In this document: piece after piece, positions 47,737 to 58,390 of the stretch
How the letters are laid out: each line of letters begins with the position of its first letter
Numbering within the stretch: the stretch's first letter is position 1
Sequence record: OP870146.1
Length of the DNA stretch: 64,000 nucleotides
Strand: one strand, 5' to 3'
Source: Escherichia phage vB_Eco_F27
Position numbers and translations under genes: made by a program
Notes under the pieces: generated by a model
What the model saw: only the letters and a program-made list of their open reading frames with translations
The model's database searches: none
Told to the model about the DNA's origin: nothing

Positions 47737-48186
47737 TTACCCCTTGTATCCGAGTTTTCTAAGACCATCTTCGGTTAGAACTCGAAATTTTATATTTCTC
47801 TTTTCAGCAACAGCTGAGGCAGCTTTCCATTTGTCACAGTTCACAGACCACGTGTAGATTTCATTCATATAACGTTTCTTTGCTGCAGTCGTAAGATTTG
47901 CAGGCTTAATAGGTGGTTGAGTTTCTTTCTTTGGTTTTATTTCTACAAAGAACTCTTGACCTGATGCATCTTTCATCCATATGTCCATATAGTATCGACG
48001 TTTCTTACCTTCAGCATTACAAAAATATGGAATTACTGCTGTTTCACTACCCCATGCAATAATTTCTGGATTTTTATCTAACCATTCGAAAAAGAATTTT
48101 TCCCAGTTTGAACGATACGTTATTTTGGTATGGTCTCCACGGTATTTTTTTAAATTTTTTGGGACCCATTTACCAGAGTAGGCCAT
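47737..48186 (-). CDS. 4: head completion protein gp4
   Basis: Trimmed to [18 protein letters not shown]... (ATG 48186, AAGGAGG SD), 149 aa. Near-identical to T4 gp4. Confidence 0.85.
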   Translation of the reverse strand: MAYSGKWVPKNLKKYRGDHTKITYRSNWEKFFFEWLDKNPEIIAWGSETAVIPYFCNAEGKKRRYYMDIWMKDASGQEFFVEIKPKKETQPPIKPANLTTAAKKRYMNEIYTWSVNCDKWKAASAVAEKRNIKFRVLTEDGLRKLGYKG

Positions 48187-48197
48187 GTTGTCCTCCT

Positions 48198-48205
48198 TAT
48201 AAATA
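48198..48205 (+). promoter_or_regulatory. late promoter TATAAATA for gene 53
   Basis: Exact T4 late -10 consensus, ~43 nt before the gene 53 start. Confidence 0.6.
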
Positions 48206-48212
48206 GTATTAT

Positions 48213-48220
48213 TATTTATA
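48213..48220 (-). promoter_or_regulatory. late promoter TATAAATA (minus strand) for genes 4-2-3
   Basis: Plus tatttata, 27 nt upstream of ATG 48186. Divergent with the gene 53 late promoter. Confidence 0.55.
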
Positions 48221-48247
48221 CCAATTTCATATTGGAAGGAGACTATC

Positions 48248-48823
48248 TTGTTATTTACATTCTTCGACCCAATAGGATATAGTGCTAAAACAGTTAATAA
48301 GAATGCACCTACTATTCCTATGACAGACATATTTCGTAATTATAAAGAGTACTTTAAGCGTGTGGCTGCCAATTATAGATTACGTTCTTATTATATTAAA
48401 GGCTCTCCACGTCCTGAAGAACTAGCGAATATCATTTATGGCAACCCGCAATTATACTGGGTTCTTTTGATGTGTAATGATAACTATGATCCGTATTATG
48501 GTTGGATTACATCTCAGGAAGCAGCGTATCAAGCTTCTATTCAGAAATATGCTAATGCCGGCGGCGACCAAATTCTTTATCATATTAACGAGAACCGTGA
48601 GAAATTTTACAATTTAGTTTCATATCCTGACGAGCCTTTAGTGTGGTACGATAAAGGTGATGAAGCTCGTAAGTATCCGCAATATAAAGGACCTTTAGCT
48701 GCAGTAGATATTTATGAAGCGGCTGTATTAGATAACGAAAAACTTCGTAAAATAAAAATTGTTGCAAAAGAAGATATAAACTCGTTTATTACTGATTTGA
48801 TTCGTGAGATGGAGATTGCATAA
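48248..48823 (+). CDS. 53: baseplate wedge protein gp53
   Basis: 191 aa, MLFTFFDPIGYSAKTVNKNAPTIPMTDIFRNYKEYFKR... Near-identical to T4 gp53. Apparent TTG start after AAGGAG. Confidence 0.9.
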   Translation: MLFTFFDPIGYSAKTVNKNAPTIPMTDIFRNYKEYFKRVAANYRLRSYYIKGSPRPEELANIIYGNPQLYWVLLMCNDNYDPYYGWITSQEAAYQASIQKYANAGGDQILYHINENREKFYNLVSYPDEPLVWYDKGDEARKYPQYKGPLAAVDIYEAAVLDNEKLRKIKIVAKEDINSFITDLIREMEIA

Positions 48824-50556
48824 TGGAAATGATTAGCAGTAGCCTTAATTGGTTCGTGGGTGTTGTCGAGGACAGAATGGACCCATTAAAACAAGGGCGA
48901 GTTCGAGTTCGAGTCGTTGGTCTTCATCCAGCACAGAGAGCACAAGGTGATGTACAAGGTATTCCTACAGAAAAACTTCCATGGATGACTGTTATTCAAC
49001 CTATTACGTCTGCATCAATGTCAGGTATTGGTGGTTCTGTTACAGGTCCTGTTGAAGGAACTCGAGTATATGGTCATTTCTTAGACAAATGGAAAACAAA
49101 CGGGATTGTACTTGGTACATACGGCGGAATCGTACGTGAAAAGCCTAATAGACTTGAAGGTTTTTCAGACCCGACAGGCCAATATCCGCGACGTTTAGGT
49201 AATGATACGAACGTATTAAACCAAGGTGGTGAAGCTGGTTATTATTCGAACTCTAACGTAATTCAAGATAACAACTTGGATTATGGTATAAACCCAGACG
49301 ATACAGATTTAGCAAATATTCCAGAAGATGATGACCCTAATTTTACAATAACAGAAATGTTACGTCGTGACGAAGGTCTTCGTGATAAAGTGTATTGGGA
49401 CCATCTCGGATATCCTACCGTAGGTATTGGACACCTTATCGTAATGGAAAAGACCAGAGATATGTCTCGAATTAATAAATTGTTATCCGATCAAGTAGGG
49501 CGTGAAGTAACAGGAAATCCGGGAACTATTACATTAGAAGAAGCAACAGCGTTATTTGAGAAAGACCTTGCTAAGATGCAGAAAGACATTCGTTCTAATT
49601 CTAAAGTAGGTCCTGTTTATGCTAAAATGAACAGGTCTCGTCAAATGGCATTAGAAAACATGTGTTTCCAAATGGGCGTTGGTGGTGTAGCAAAATTCAA
49701 TACTATGCTTAAAGCAATGGCCACAGGCGATTGGAAAACTGCATACAAATCTGGACGCGATTCATTATGGTTCCAACAGACTAAAGGACGCGCTTCACGT
49801 GTAACAACAATTATTTTAACCGGTAACATGGAATCATACGGTGTTCCTGTTAAAACTCCGCCTTCACCAGGAGTTGGTGCCGATTTAGTTACTAGAAATA
49901 CCGATCCAGAAGACCCGGCCGGTCCTCCTGTTCCATTAGATTCACGTATCCTTTTTAAAGAACCAGAATCAAGTTATCGTGGTGAGTATCCATACGTTCA
50001 TGCTATGGAAACAGAAAGTGGTCATATCCAAGAATTTGACGATACTCCAGGTAATGAACGTTATCGCTTAGTTCATCCAACAGGGTCATATGAGGAAGTT
50101 TCTCCATCCGGCCGTCGTACTCGTAAAACTGTAGAAGACCTTTTTGACATCACTAATGGCGATGGGAACTTTTTGATTTCTGGCGATAAGCTTGTTAACG
50201 TTGGTGCTAATGAAATATATTATAACATGGCAGACCGCCTCCATCAAATAGACGGCAATGACACAATCTTTATTCGTGGTAACCAATCTAAAACTGTTGA
50301 AGGCGATGGAACTCTTTACGTTAAGGGTAATATCAAAATAGTTGTTGACGGAAATGCAGATATTCTTGTTAAAGGTGATGCTAAAACTCAGGTCGAAGGG
50401 AATCATGATTACACCGTCAACGGAAACGTTAAATGGACTGTTAATGGTAATGTTGATATGACTGTTGCCGGGGATTGGGCAGAAACAATGTCTACAATGA
50501 GCTCAGTAGCTTCAGGACAATACACCGTTGACGGATCTCGTATTGATATTGGGTAA
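48823..50556 (+). CDS. 5: baseplate hub / tail lysozyme gp5
   Basis: 577 aa. OB domain, lysozyme domain (TEMLRRDEGLRDKVYWDHLGYPTVGIGHL), C-terminal VxGxxxxx beta-helix repeats. Confidence 0.95.
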   Translation: MEMISSSLNWFVGVVEDRMDPLKQGRVRVRVVGLHPAQRAQGDVQGIPTEKLPWMTVIQPITSASMSGIGGSVTGPVEGTRVYGHFLDKWKTNGIVLGTYGGIVREKPNRLEGFSDPTGQYPRRLGNDTNVLNQGGEAGYYSNSNVIQDNNLDYGINPDDTDLANIPEDDDPNFTITEMLRRDEGLRDKVYWDHLGYPTVGIGHLIVMEKTRDMSRINKLLSDQVGREVTGNPGTITLEEATALFEKDLAKMQKDIRSNSKVGPVYAKMNRSRQMALENMCFQMGVGGVAKFNTMLKAMATGDWKTAYKSGRDSLWFQQTKGRASRVTTIILTGNMESYGVPVKTPPSPGVGADLVTRNTDPEDPAGPPVPLDSRILFKEPESSYRGEYPYVHAMETESGHIQEFDDTPGNERYRLVHPTGSYEEVSPSGRRTRKTVEDLFDITNGDGNFLISGDKLVNVGANEIYYNMADRLHQIDGNDTIFIRGNQSKTVEGDGTLYVKGNIKIVVDGNADILVKGDAKTQVEGNHDYTVNGNVKWTVNGNVDMTVAGDWAETMSTMSSVASGQYTVDGSRIDIG

Positions 50557-50559
50557 TAT

Positions 50560-51075
50560 ATGGCACAAATACTTCCTTTAAATACCGACTTAGGAGAAGA
50601 CATGGAAGGGGCGTCTATTGACGTCCTTTTTACTCCACAGTTAGAAACAACCGAAACTTTAGTGTCAATAAATATAACAGATTATGAACCGACACAAGGC
50701 ATTACGGTAGATGGTAATCGTTTATATGGAACATATGAAAGTGTGTTTAGCTTTTCTTCGGACGCATTGAAATACCGATTAAATGATGATTTTGAAACTG
50801 CATCTTCATGGGATGATTTACCAAAAGATGAGTCTACACAGTTATATTTGTGGAGAGCTCCTCAGAATCTTCGTAAAGTGTTTAGTTATACGGTTGAAAT
50901 GATTTATAACTACCAAGAAGAAAGTTCATCAGGCGGTTCTAGAAGTGACTCTGGTACAGAACCTCCACCGGCTCCAGTACAAAAAACTCTTACTAAGGTT
51001 TATACAAAAACTATAGTAGGAAATTGGAGCAAATGGGCTCATCAATTACGAAACTATGTTTATGTGAGGCCGTGA
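50560..51075 (+). CDS. 5.1: conserved protein (5.1 position)
   Basis: 171 aa ORF. Synteny. Confidence 0.55.
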   Translation: MAQILPLNTDLGEDMEGASIDVLFTPQLETTETLVSINITDYEPTQGITVDGNRLYGTYESVFSFSSDALKYRLNDDFETASSWDDLPKDESTQLYLWRAPQNLRKVFSYTVEMIYNYQEESSSGGSRSDSGTEPPPAPVQKTLTKVYTKTIVGNWSKWAHQLRNYVYVRP

Positions 51076-51077
51076 AA

Positions 51078-51371
51078 ATGTCTGGCTTAAGTTACGACAA
51101 GTGCGTTACAACAGGTCATAAAGCATGGCCTCCTACTGTAATAAATGCTTCCCAATCTAAAGTGTTCACCGGCGGTATTCCTGTTCTTGTGGCAGGAGAC
51201 CAAATAACACCTCATACAGAAATTAAAAAACCATACGAGACTCATGGAGGTGTTACTGAACCTCGTACATCTAAAGTATACGTCACCGGTAAAAAGGCCG
51301 TTCAAATGGCTGACCCAATTTCATGCGGGGATACTGTTTCTCAGGCCTCGTCAAAAGTCTTTATAAAATAG
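51078..51371 (+). CDS. 5.4: PAAR-repeat spike tip protein gp5.4
   Basis: Trimmed to [14 protein letters not shown]... (ATG 51078, GAGG SD), 97 aa. T4 gp5.4 is 97 aa. Confidence 0.8.
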   Translation: MSGLSYDKCVTTGHKAWPPTVINASQSKVFTGGIPVLVAGDQITPHTEIKKPYETHGGVTEPRTSKVYVTGKKAVQMADPISCGDTVSQASSKVFIK

Positions 51372-51379
51372 GAATTAAA

Positions 51380-53353
51380 ATGGCAAACACTCCTGTAAAT
51401 TATCAATTAACACGAACAGCGAATGCTATTCCCGAGATTTTTATCGGGGGCACATTTGCCGAAATCAAACAGAACATTATCGAATGGCTCAATGGACAGA
51501 ATGAATTTCTTGATTATGATTTTGAAGGTTCACGCTTAAACGTATTGTGCGACCTTTTAGCATATAACACTCTTTACATCCAACAGTTCAGTAATAGTGC
51601 AGTGTATGAAAGTTTTATGCGTACTGCAAACTTGCGTAGTTCTGTTGTACAAGCGGCTCAAGATAACGGATATCTGCCTTCATCTAAATCAGCAGCACAA
51701 ACAGAAATTATGCTCACATGTACAGATGCATTAAATAGAAACTATATCACCATTCCACGTGGCACTCGTTTCTTAGCATACGCTAAAGATACTTCTGTTA
51801 ACCCGTATAACTTTGTTTCTACTGAAGATGTCATTGTAGTTAAAGACAAAAATAACCAATATTTTCCACGTCTTCGATTAGCTCAAGGACGTATTGTTCG
51901 CACTGAATTAACATTTGATAGATTAAAACCTATCATTATTCGTGATAAGAATATTGACCGTAATTTGGTTAAGTTGTATGTTGACGGAGCAGAATGGATT
52001 AACTGGACTCGTAAGTCGATGGTTCACGCTGGTTCTACGTCAACAATCTATTATATGCGTGAAACAGTTGATGGGAACACCGAATTTTATTTTGGTGAAG
52101 GCGAAATCTCTATTAACACATCAGAAGGTGCGTTAACATCTAACTATATTGGTGGCCTTAAACCTGTTCAGGGTTCTAAAATCGTAATTGAGTATATTTC
52201 TACTAATGGCGCAGATGCTAACGGTGCTGTAGGATTTTCTTATGCTGATACATTAGCTAATATCACGGTAATCGATATTAACGAGAACCCTAGCAATAAC
52301 CCAGACTTTGTCGGGGCCATCGGCGGCGGTGACCCTGAAGATATTGAACGTATCCGCGAATTAGGCACAATTAAACGCGAAACTCAACAACGTTGTGTAA
52401 CCGCTTCCGACTATGACACATTCGTCTCTGAGCGGTTTGGTTCTATTATTCAAGCGGTTCAAACATTCACAGATTCATCTAAACCAGGGTACGCATATAT
52501 TGCTGCTAAGCCTAAATCTGGATTGTATTTGACTTCTGTCCAACGCGATGATATCAAAAACTATTTGAATGATTATAACTTAGGGACTATTACACCTGTT
52601 GTTATTTCGCCTGATTATTTGTTTATCAAAATGAATATCAAAGTTACATACGCGTTGAATAAACTCCAAGAATCAGAACAATATCTTGAAGGGCAGATTA
52701 TTAATAAAATAGACCGTTATTATATTGAAGATGTAGAAATTTTTAACTCATCGTTTGCAAAATCTAAAATGCTAACTTATGTCGATGATGCAGATATTTC
52801 TATTATTGGTTCTTCAGCTACTATTCAAATGGTTCGCGAAGTACAAAACTTCTATAAAACGCCTGAGGCCGGTATTAAATACAATAATCAGATTAAAGAT
52901 AGATCGATGGAATCTAATATATTCTCGTTTGATTCGCACAGACCTAATCCAGAAAATGTAAATGAAACTATTAAATACGGTGTTCGCATAGTATCTTCTG
53001 ACCGTAATGATCGTGGCATAGGTCAAGTTATTATTGGTCCATTTGCAGACGGTGATGTTGTTGAAAACGAAAATATACAACCTTATACAGGTAATGATTT
53101 TAATAAACTTACTGTTACTGACGGACGAAACAAATACTATTCAATTGGTGAAGTGAATTATCCTGCCGATTCGATTTATTGGAACATTGCTAAAATTGAC
53201 CTCACTTCAGACCGTTTTGAAGTTCAAACAATTGAACTTTATTCCGACCCTGCAGATGATATTATTTTTACAAAGGATGGTTCTTTAATCGTATTCGAAA
53301 ATGACTTACGTCCTCAGTACTTAACTATAGATTTGGAGCCTATTTCACAATGA
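51380..53353 (+). CDS. 6: baseplate wedge protein gp6
   Basis: Trimmed to MANTPVNYQLTRTANAIPEIF... (ATG 51380). T4 gp6-like. Confidence 0.9.
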   Translation: MANTPVNYQLTRTANAIPEIFIGGTFAEIKQNIIEWLNGQNEFLDYDFEGSRLNVLCDLLAYNTLYIQQFSNSAVYESFMRTANLRSSVVQAAQDNGYLPSSKSAAQTEIMLTCTDALNRNYITIPRGTRFLAYAKDTSVNPYNFVSTEDVIVVKDKNNQYFPRLRLAQGRIVRTELTFDRLKPIIIRDKNIDRNLVKLYVDGAEWINWTRKSMVHAGSTSTIYYMRETVDGNTEFYFGEGEISINTSEGALTSNYIGGLKPVQGSKIVIEYISTNGADANGAVGFSYADTLANITVIDINENPSNNPDFVGAIGGGDPEDIERIRELGTIKRETQQRCVTASDYDTFVSERFGSIIQAVQTFTDSSKPGYAYIAAKPKSGLYLTSVQRDDIKNYLNDYNLGTITPVVISPDYLFIKMNIKVTYALNKLQESEQYLEGQIINKIDRYYIEDVEIFNSSFAKSKMLTYVDDADISIIGSSATIQMVREVQNFYKTPEAGIKYNNQIKDRSMESNIFSFDSHRPNPENVNETIKYGVRIVSSDRNDRGIGQVIIGPFADGDVVENENIQPYTGNDFNKLTVTDGRNKYYSIGEVNYPADSIYWNIAKIDLTSDRFEVQTIELYSDPADDIIFTKDGSLIVFENDLRPQYLTIDLEPISQ

Positions 53354-56300
53354 CAGTAAAAGCGCCAGCAGTCACAAGTCTCAGAATATCCAAGTTGTCC
53401 GCTAACCAAGTTCAAATACGCTGGGATGACGTTGGTGCTAATTTCTACTATTTTGTAGAAATCGCTGAGACTAAAACGGCAGACGGGGAAATAATTCCCA
53501 CTGCCAGCTACAGATGGATAAATTTAGGATATACTCCTAATAGCAACTGGTTCGAAAGTAGCTTAGACCCATTAACTTCTTATATTATTCGTGTATCAAC
53601 TGCCGCCGAAGGCTTCGAGAGATCTGATTGGGTATATACCGAAATATTTGAATCATTTCAGACTAACGCGTATACATTTCAACATATGATTGAAATGCAA
53701 TTGGCTAACACTTTTATTAGAGAAAAATTTACAAATAACAACATGGCTTATGTCGATTTTAATACCGACACTATAATGGCAGCTCTAATGAATGAATCGT
53801 TCCAATTTAGCCCTGCTTATGCGGATATTTCATCTATTAAAAATTTCATTATTGGCGAAAATGAGTATCATGAAATTCAAGGTTCGATTCAACAGGTGTG
53901 TCATGATATAAACCGTGTTTATTTGATGGAATCCGAAGGAATTCTTTATTTGTTTGAACGGTATCAGCCTGTGGTTAAAGTCTCTAATGATAAGGGACAA
54001 ACCTGGAAATCGGTTAAATTGTTTAATGACCGTGTAGGGTACCCTGTATCAAGAACAGTGTATTACCAGACAGATTATACCACGTATGTTCTTGGGTACG
54101 ATAAATTATTTTACGGTCGTAAATCAACTGACGTTCGTTGGTCTGCTGATGATGTGAGATTTAGTTCTCAAGATATAACATTTGCTAAAATTGGTGACCA
54201 GTTAAATTTAGGATTTGATGTAGAAATATTTGGTAACTATGCATCATTACCTGCTAACGTATCACGTATTGCAGAAGCTATCGTTTGCAATGACGATTAT
54301 GTATACGTTGCTGCTCGAGATAAAGTTCGTTTTATTAAAACTAGTAATGCCCCTATTGATTCAGACCCGTTATCTCCGACATATTCCGAACGTTTGTTTG
54401 AACAAGAAACATTTAACATCACAGGTAACCCTAAGGCAGTTTGCTATAAAATGGATTCTGTCGGTGGTAAGATATTTGCACTGATTATCGGTGAAGTTGT
54501 TAATCTTAACGATGACCCGAGGACTACTCCTATTGTTGATTCTTCTGATAAGGGTATTTACGTTCTAGACCATGACGCTGGCACATTTAAACGTGTGTTT
54601 GGTAATACTGAAGAAGAACGTCGCCGTATTGAACCAGGGTACACCAGTATGTCTACTGATGGTGTTGAGTTATCTATTTCATCTAGTAATTTTAAATTTC
54701 TAGAATCAGATATTGTTGATGACCCAAAAACACAAGTCAAGTACGGTTTAATCGGTGCTGTTAAATATGAGTATCCTCGTGAATGGCTGGCTGATAAACA
54801 TTACCATATGATGGCATTTATTTCAACTGAAGACTCTCAATGGGAATCGTTCACTCCCCAACCGATGGAATACTATGCCGAGCCGTTCTTTAGTTATTCT
54901 AGAAAGTCTGGTACTCGTTGTTGGATTAATAACTCAGACAAGGCCGTTGTAATTTATTCTGATTTACTTTACACTAAGGTTATTGAGAATCATCCACTTA
55001 GTTCTTCAGACCGTGAAGTTCATGAATATTGGAAGGACGGTGACTGTACAATAGTGATGCCTAACGTAGATTTCACCGGATTTAAAAAATATGCATCCGG
55101 CATGATTTTCTATAAATCATCAGGTGAGATTATTTCTTATTATGATTTTAGTTATCGTGTTAGAGATAATGTTTCTATAATTTGGAAGCCTACTAATATA
55201 TTCTTAACAGCATCATTACAAAACCAAGAAAAAGATACCACATGGACTCCTGTGGAAGAGAATGGTATTGCGGACCCAGATTTACGACCATTGCTCACTA
55301 CAATGATGCCGGAGTCTTATCTTTTAGATAATACAAACTTCGAAGCATTCTGCGAGGCTTATATTCAGTATCTTTCTGACGGTTATGGGACCCATTATAA
55401 CAACCTTTTGAATCTTATTAAAAATCAATATCCGCGCGAAGAACATGCGTGGGAATACTTATGGTCTGAGATTTATAAACGAAACATTTACTTAAACGCC
55501 GAAAAACGCGATTTAGTGTCTCGTTTCTTTGAATCAAGAAGTTATGACTTCTATTCAACTAAAGGAACTGAAGCATCGTATAAATTCTTGTTTAAAGTGC
55601 TTTATAACGAAGATGTTGAAATTGAAATTGAATCTAGTTCCGGGACCGAATATGATATCATCATTGAATCTGATTCGCTGACAGAAGATTTGGTCGGACA
55701 AACCATATACACCGCGACAGGACGTTGTAATGTGACGTATATCGAGAGAAGTTACTCTAAAGGTAAATTACAATGGACTGTAACAATTCACAACCTCTTA
55801 GGTCGTTTAATCCAAGGACAGGAAGTTAAAGCTGAAAGACTCCCTGGTTTTGAAGGTGAAATTGTTCGTGGTATTAAAGGTAAAGAGCTTTCTCAGAACA
55901 ACATCGATTACATAAATCGTGGTAGAGCATACTACGTAATGAAGATTAAATCTAAACTTCCATCATCTCGTTGGAAATCAGACGTATTACGTTTTGTTCA
56001 TCCGGTTGGATTTGGATTTATCGCAATTACACTTCTCACAATGTTTATTAACACCGGTTTAACACTTAAACATGTTGAAACCATTATTAATAAATACAAA
56101 AACTATAAGTGGGATTCTGGATTACCGACTAAATATGCAGACCGAGTGGCTAAATTAGACCCACAAGGAAATGTTGAGTTTGACCCTATTACAGGTAAAG
56201 CGATATATGAAATAGGCCCTATGGCTGGTCAAGATTATCCATTACCTGAAGATTATAACGCTGAAAACAATAACTCCATATTTCAAGGTCAACTTCCATC

Positions 56301-56448
56301 GGAACGACGTAAACTGATGAGCCCATTATTTGATGCGTCCGGAACAACATTCTCTAGATTTAGAGATTTGGTTGAACAACGGTTAATCGATAATGTAGGA
56401 AATCCAAGAGACCCCGTGAATCCACCACAGGTTAAATTAGATGAATGA
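53350..56448 (+). CDS. 7: baseplate wedge protein gp7
   Basis: 1032 aa, same length as T4 gp7. ATGA overlap with gene 6. Confidence 0.9.
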   Translation: MTVKAPAVTSLRISKLSANQVQIRWDDVGANFYYFVEIAETKTADGEIIPTASYRWINLGYTPNSNWFESSLDPLTSYIIRVSTAAEGFERSDWVYTEIFESFQTNAYTFQHMIEMQLANTFIREKFTNNNMAYVDFNTDTIMAALMNESFQFSPAYADISSIKNFIIGENEYHEIQGSIQQVCHDINRVYLMESEGILYLFERYQPVVKVSNDKGQTWKSVKLFNDRVGYPVSRTVYYQTDYTTYVLGYDKLFYGRKSTDVRWSADDVRFSSQDITFAKIGDQLNLGFDVEIFGNYASLPANVSRIAEAIVCNDDYVYVAARDKVRFIKTSNAPIDSDPLSPTYSERLFEQETFNITGNPKAVCYKMDSVGGKIFALIIGEVVNLNDDPRTTPIVDSSDKGIYVLDHDAGTFKRVFGNTEEERRRIEPGYTSMSTDGVELSISSSNFKFLESDIVDDPKTQVKYGLIGAVKYEYPREWLADKHYHMMAFISTEDSQWESFTPQPMEYYAEPFFSYSRKSGTRCWINNSDKAVVIYSDLLYTKVIENHPLSSSDREVHEYWKDGDCTIVMPNVDFTGFKKYASGMIFYKSSGEIISYYDFSYRVRDNVSIIWKPTNIFLTASLQNQEKDTTWTPVEENGIADPDLRPLLTTMMPESYLLDNTNFEAFCEAYIQYLSDGYGTHYNNLLNLIKNQYPREEHAWEYLWSEIYKRNIYLNAEKRDLVSRFFESRSYDFYSTKGTEASYKFLFKVLYNEDVEIEIESSSGTEYDIIIESDSLTEDLVGQTIYTATGRCNVTYIERSYSKGKLQWTVTIHNLLGRLIQGQEVKAERLPGFEGEIVRGIKGKELSQNNIDYINRGRAYYVMKIKSKLPSSRWKSDVLRFVHPVGFGFIAITLLTMFINTGLTLKHVETIINKYKNYKWDSGLPTKYADRVAKLDPQGNVEFDPITGKAIYEIGPMAGQDYPLPEDYNAENNNSIFQGQLPSERRKLMSPLFDASGTTFSRFRDLVEQRLIDNVGNPRDPVNPPQVKLDE

Positions 56449-57445
56449 TTCAAGTGTTATCTATCGTGCAATAGTTACATCAAAATTTAGAACAGAAAAA
56501 ATGCTGAATTTTTATAATTCAGTTGGGGATGGAGATGATAAGAACTCCATTTATATTACGTTTGGACGTTCAGAGCCTTGGGCGTCAAATGAAAATGAGG
56601 TGGGCTTCGCCCCACCTTATCCTACAGATTCTGTTCTTGGTGTTACTGATATGTGGACCCATATGATGGGTACCGTTAAAGTTTTACCTTCAATGTTAGA
56701 TTCTGTTATTCCTAGACGTGATTGGGGAGATGTGCGATATCCAGACCCTTACACGTTTAGAATTAATGATATAGTCGCATGTAATACTGCTCCGTACAAC
56801 GCGACAGAAGTTGGAGCCGGTTGGTTAATTTACCGTTGTTTAGATGTCCCTGACGTAGGGCTCTGTTCAATAGAATCTTTAGATAATAAAGATGAATGTC
56901 TTAAATTGGGTGGTAAATGGACTCCGTCTGTTCGTTCTATGTCTCCTCCTGAAGGCAGAGGCGATGCTAATGGGGTTATCGAAACCGGTGATGGATATAT
57001 TTGGGAATATCTTTACGAGATTCCTGCCGATGTGTCAATTAACCGTTGCACTAATGAATATCTTGTAGTTCCGTGGCCGGAAGAAATTAAAGAAGACCCC
57101 ACCCGTTGGGGATATGAAAATAACTTAACTTGGCAACAAGACGACTACGGCTTGATTTACCGTGTTAAAGCTAATACGATGCGGTTTAAAGCATATTTTG
57201 ATTCTGTTTATTTCCCTGAGGCAGCTTTGCCTGGTAACAAGGGTTTTAGACAGATATCAATTATCGCAAACCCGTTAGAAGCTAAGAAAAATCCAAATGA
57301 CCCTAATGTTAAAGCAGAAAAGGATTATTATGACCCTAGAGACCTGCAACGTCATTCTGGTGAAATGATTTATATGGAAAACCGACCACCTGTTATTATG
57401 GCAATGGACCAAACAGAAGAAATTAACATTTTGTTTATGTTTTAA
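56441..57445 (+). CDS. 8: baseplate wedge protein gp8
   Basis: 334 aa, same length as T4 gp8. Confidence 0.9.
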   Translation: MNDSSVIYRAIVTSKFRTEKMLNFYNSVGDGDDKNSIYITFGRSEPWASNENEVGFAPPYPTDSVLGVTDMWTHMMGTVKVLPSMLDSVIPRRDWGDVRYPDPYTFRINDIVACNTAPYNATEVGAGWLIYRCLDVPDVGLCSIESLDNKDECLKLGGKWTPSVRSMSPPEGRGDANGVIETGDGYIWEYLYEIPADVSINRCTNEYLVVPWPEEIKEDPTRWGYENNLTWQQDDYGLIYRVKANTMRFKAYFDSVYFPEAALPGNKGFRQISIIANPLEAKKNPNDPNVKAEKDYYDPRDLQRHSGEMIYMENRPPVIMAMDQTEEINILFMF

Positions 57446-57447
57446 TT

Positions 57448-57472
57448 AGGGAGCCTTCGGGCTCCCATTTTT
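57448..57472 (+). terminator. rho-independent terminator after gene 8
   Basis: GGGAGCC-UUCG-GGCUCCC then AUUUUUG. Confidence 0.65.
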
Positions 57473-57476
57473 GTAT

Positions 57477-57484
57477 CTATAAAT
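57477..57484 (+). promoter_or_regulatory. late promoter TATAAATA for gene 9
   Basis: Exact late consensus, 34 nt before ATG 57518. Confidence 0.6.
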
Positions 57485-57517
57485 AGAATATAATATCGGA
57501 CAACAAAAGGCAGAATT

Positions 57518-58390
57518 ATGGCATTTTTTAAGCAAACTCCTAAACAATTAATCGATACCGGCGAAATTGGTAATGCCTCAACAGGTGATATCTTATTCGA
57601 CGGTGGTAATAAAATAAATGACGATATCAACGCTATTTACAATGCATTTGGCGATCAACGTAAAATGGCCGTGGCAGATGGAACCGGACCTACAGGTCAA
57701 ACTATTCATGCCACAGGTTATTATCAAAAAGGAAAGGCGGTCGATTATCAAACTCCTATTAAACCAGGCACTATGCATGATATTGATGCTTCTGATGGTG
57801 GTGTGATTGTTATTATTGACCGTCCTGAATTAGGTGACTCTGTAGAATTCATAAACTCTAATGGGTCTATTTCTGTTAACAATCCTTTAAGTATCCAAGT
57901 AACCGATGGTTCGATTAAAGGTGTTCTTAATAATCTTGTTATTTCCACCCCTTATACCCATGTTGTTCTTCGTTGTGTTGAAATTAATGGGCCAACTTCA
58001 GTATGGAATTATTCTACTGATAGCATGTTTGGGCAGAAAGAATCTCCTGTTGATGGGACTTGGAGTCTTACAGGAAACTCAGTTTCTATTCCTCTGTTTT
58101 ATCGCACAGATTATAACATGGCTAAATTGCTTGTTACATGCCAATCCGCCGACGGTAGAAAAATAAAAACATGTGAAATAAATATTCTAATAGATACAAT
58201 TAACTCAGAAGTTCTTTCTACCGAATTTGCAGTAATGCGAGTTGGTAATGTAGATGAAACCGACGAGATTGCTAATATTAGCTTTAGTATTATTAACAAC
58301 TTTGCTACTATGACGATTACATCCGATATTATTGGATTACGTTCAGCAGTTAAAATTATCTCAACTCAGAAAATTGGGGTCGCTCAATAA
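57518..58390 (+). CDS. 9: baseplate protein gp9 (long tail fiber socket)
   Basis: 290 aa. T4 gp9 is 288 aa. Confidence 0.9.
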   Translation: MAFFKQTPKQLIDTGEIGNASTGDILFDGGNKINDDINAIYNAFGDQRKMAVADGTGPTGQTIHATGYYQKGKAVDYQTPIKPGTMHDIDASDGGVIVIIDRPELGDSVEFINSNGSISVNNPLSIQVTDGSIKGVLNNLVISTPYTHVVLRCVEINGPTSVWNYSTDSMFGQKESPVDGTWSLTGNSVSIPLFYRTDYNMAKLLVTCQSADGRKIKTCEINILIDTINSEVLSTEFAVMRVGNVDETDEIANISFSIINNFATMTITSDIIGLRSAVKIISTQKIGVAQ

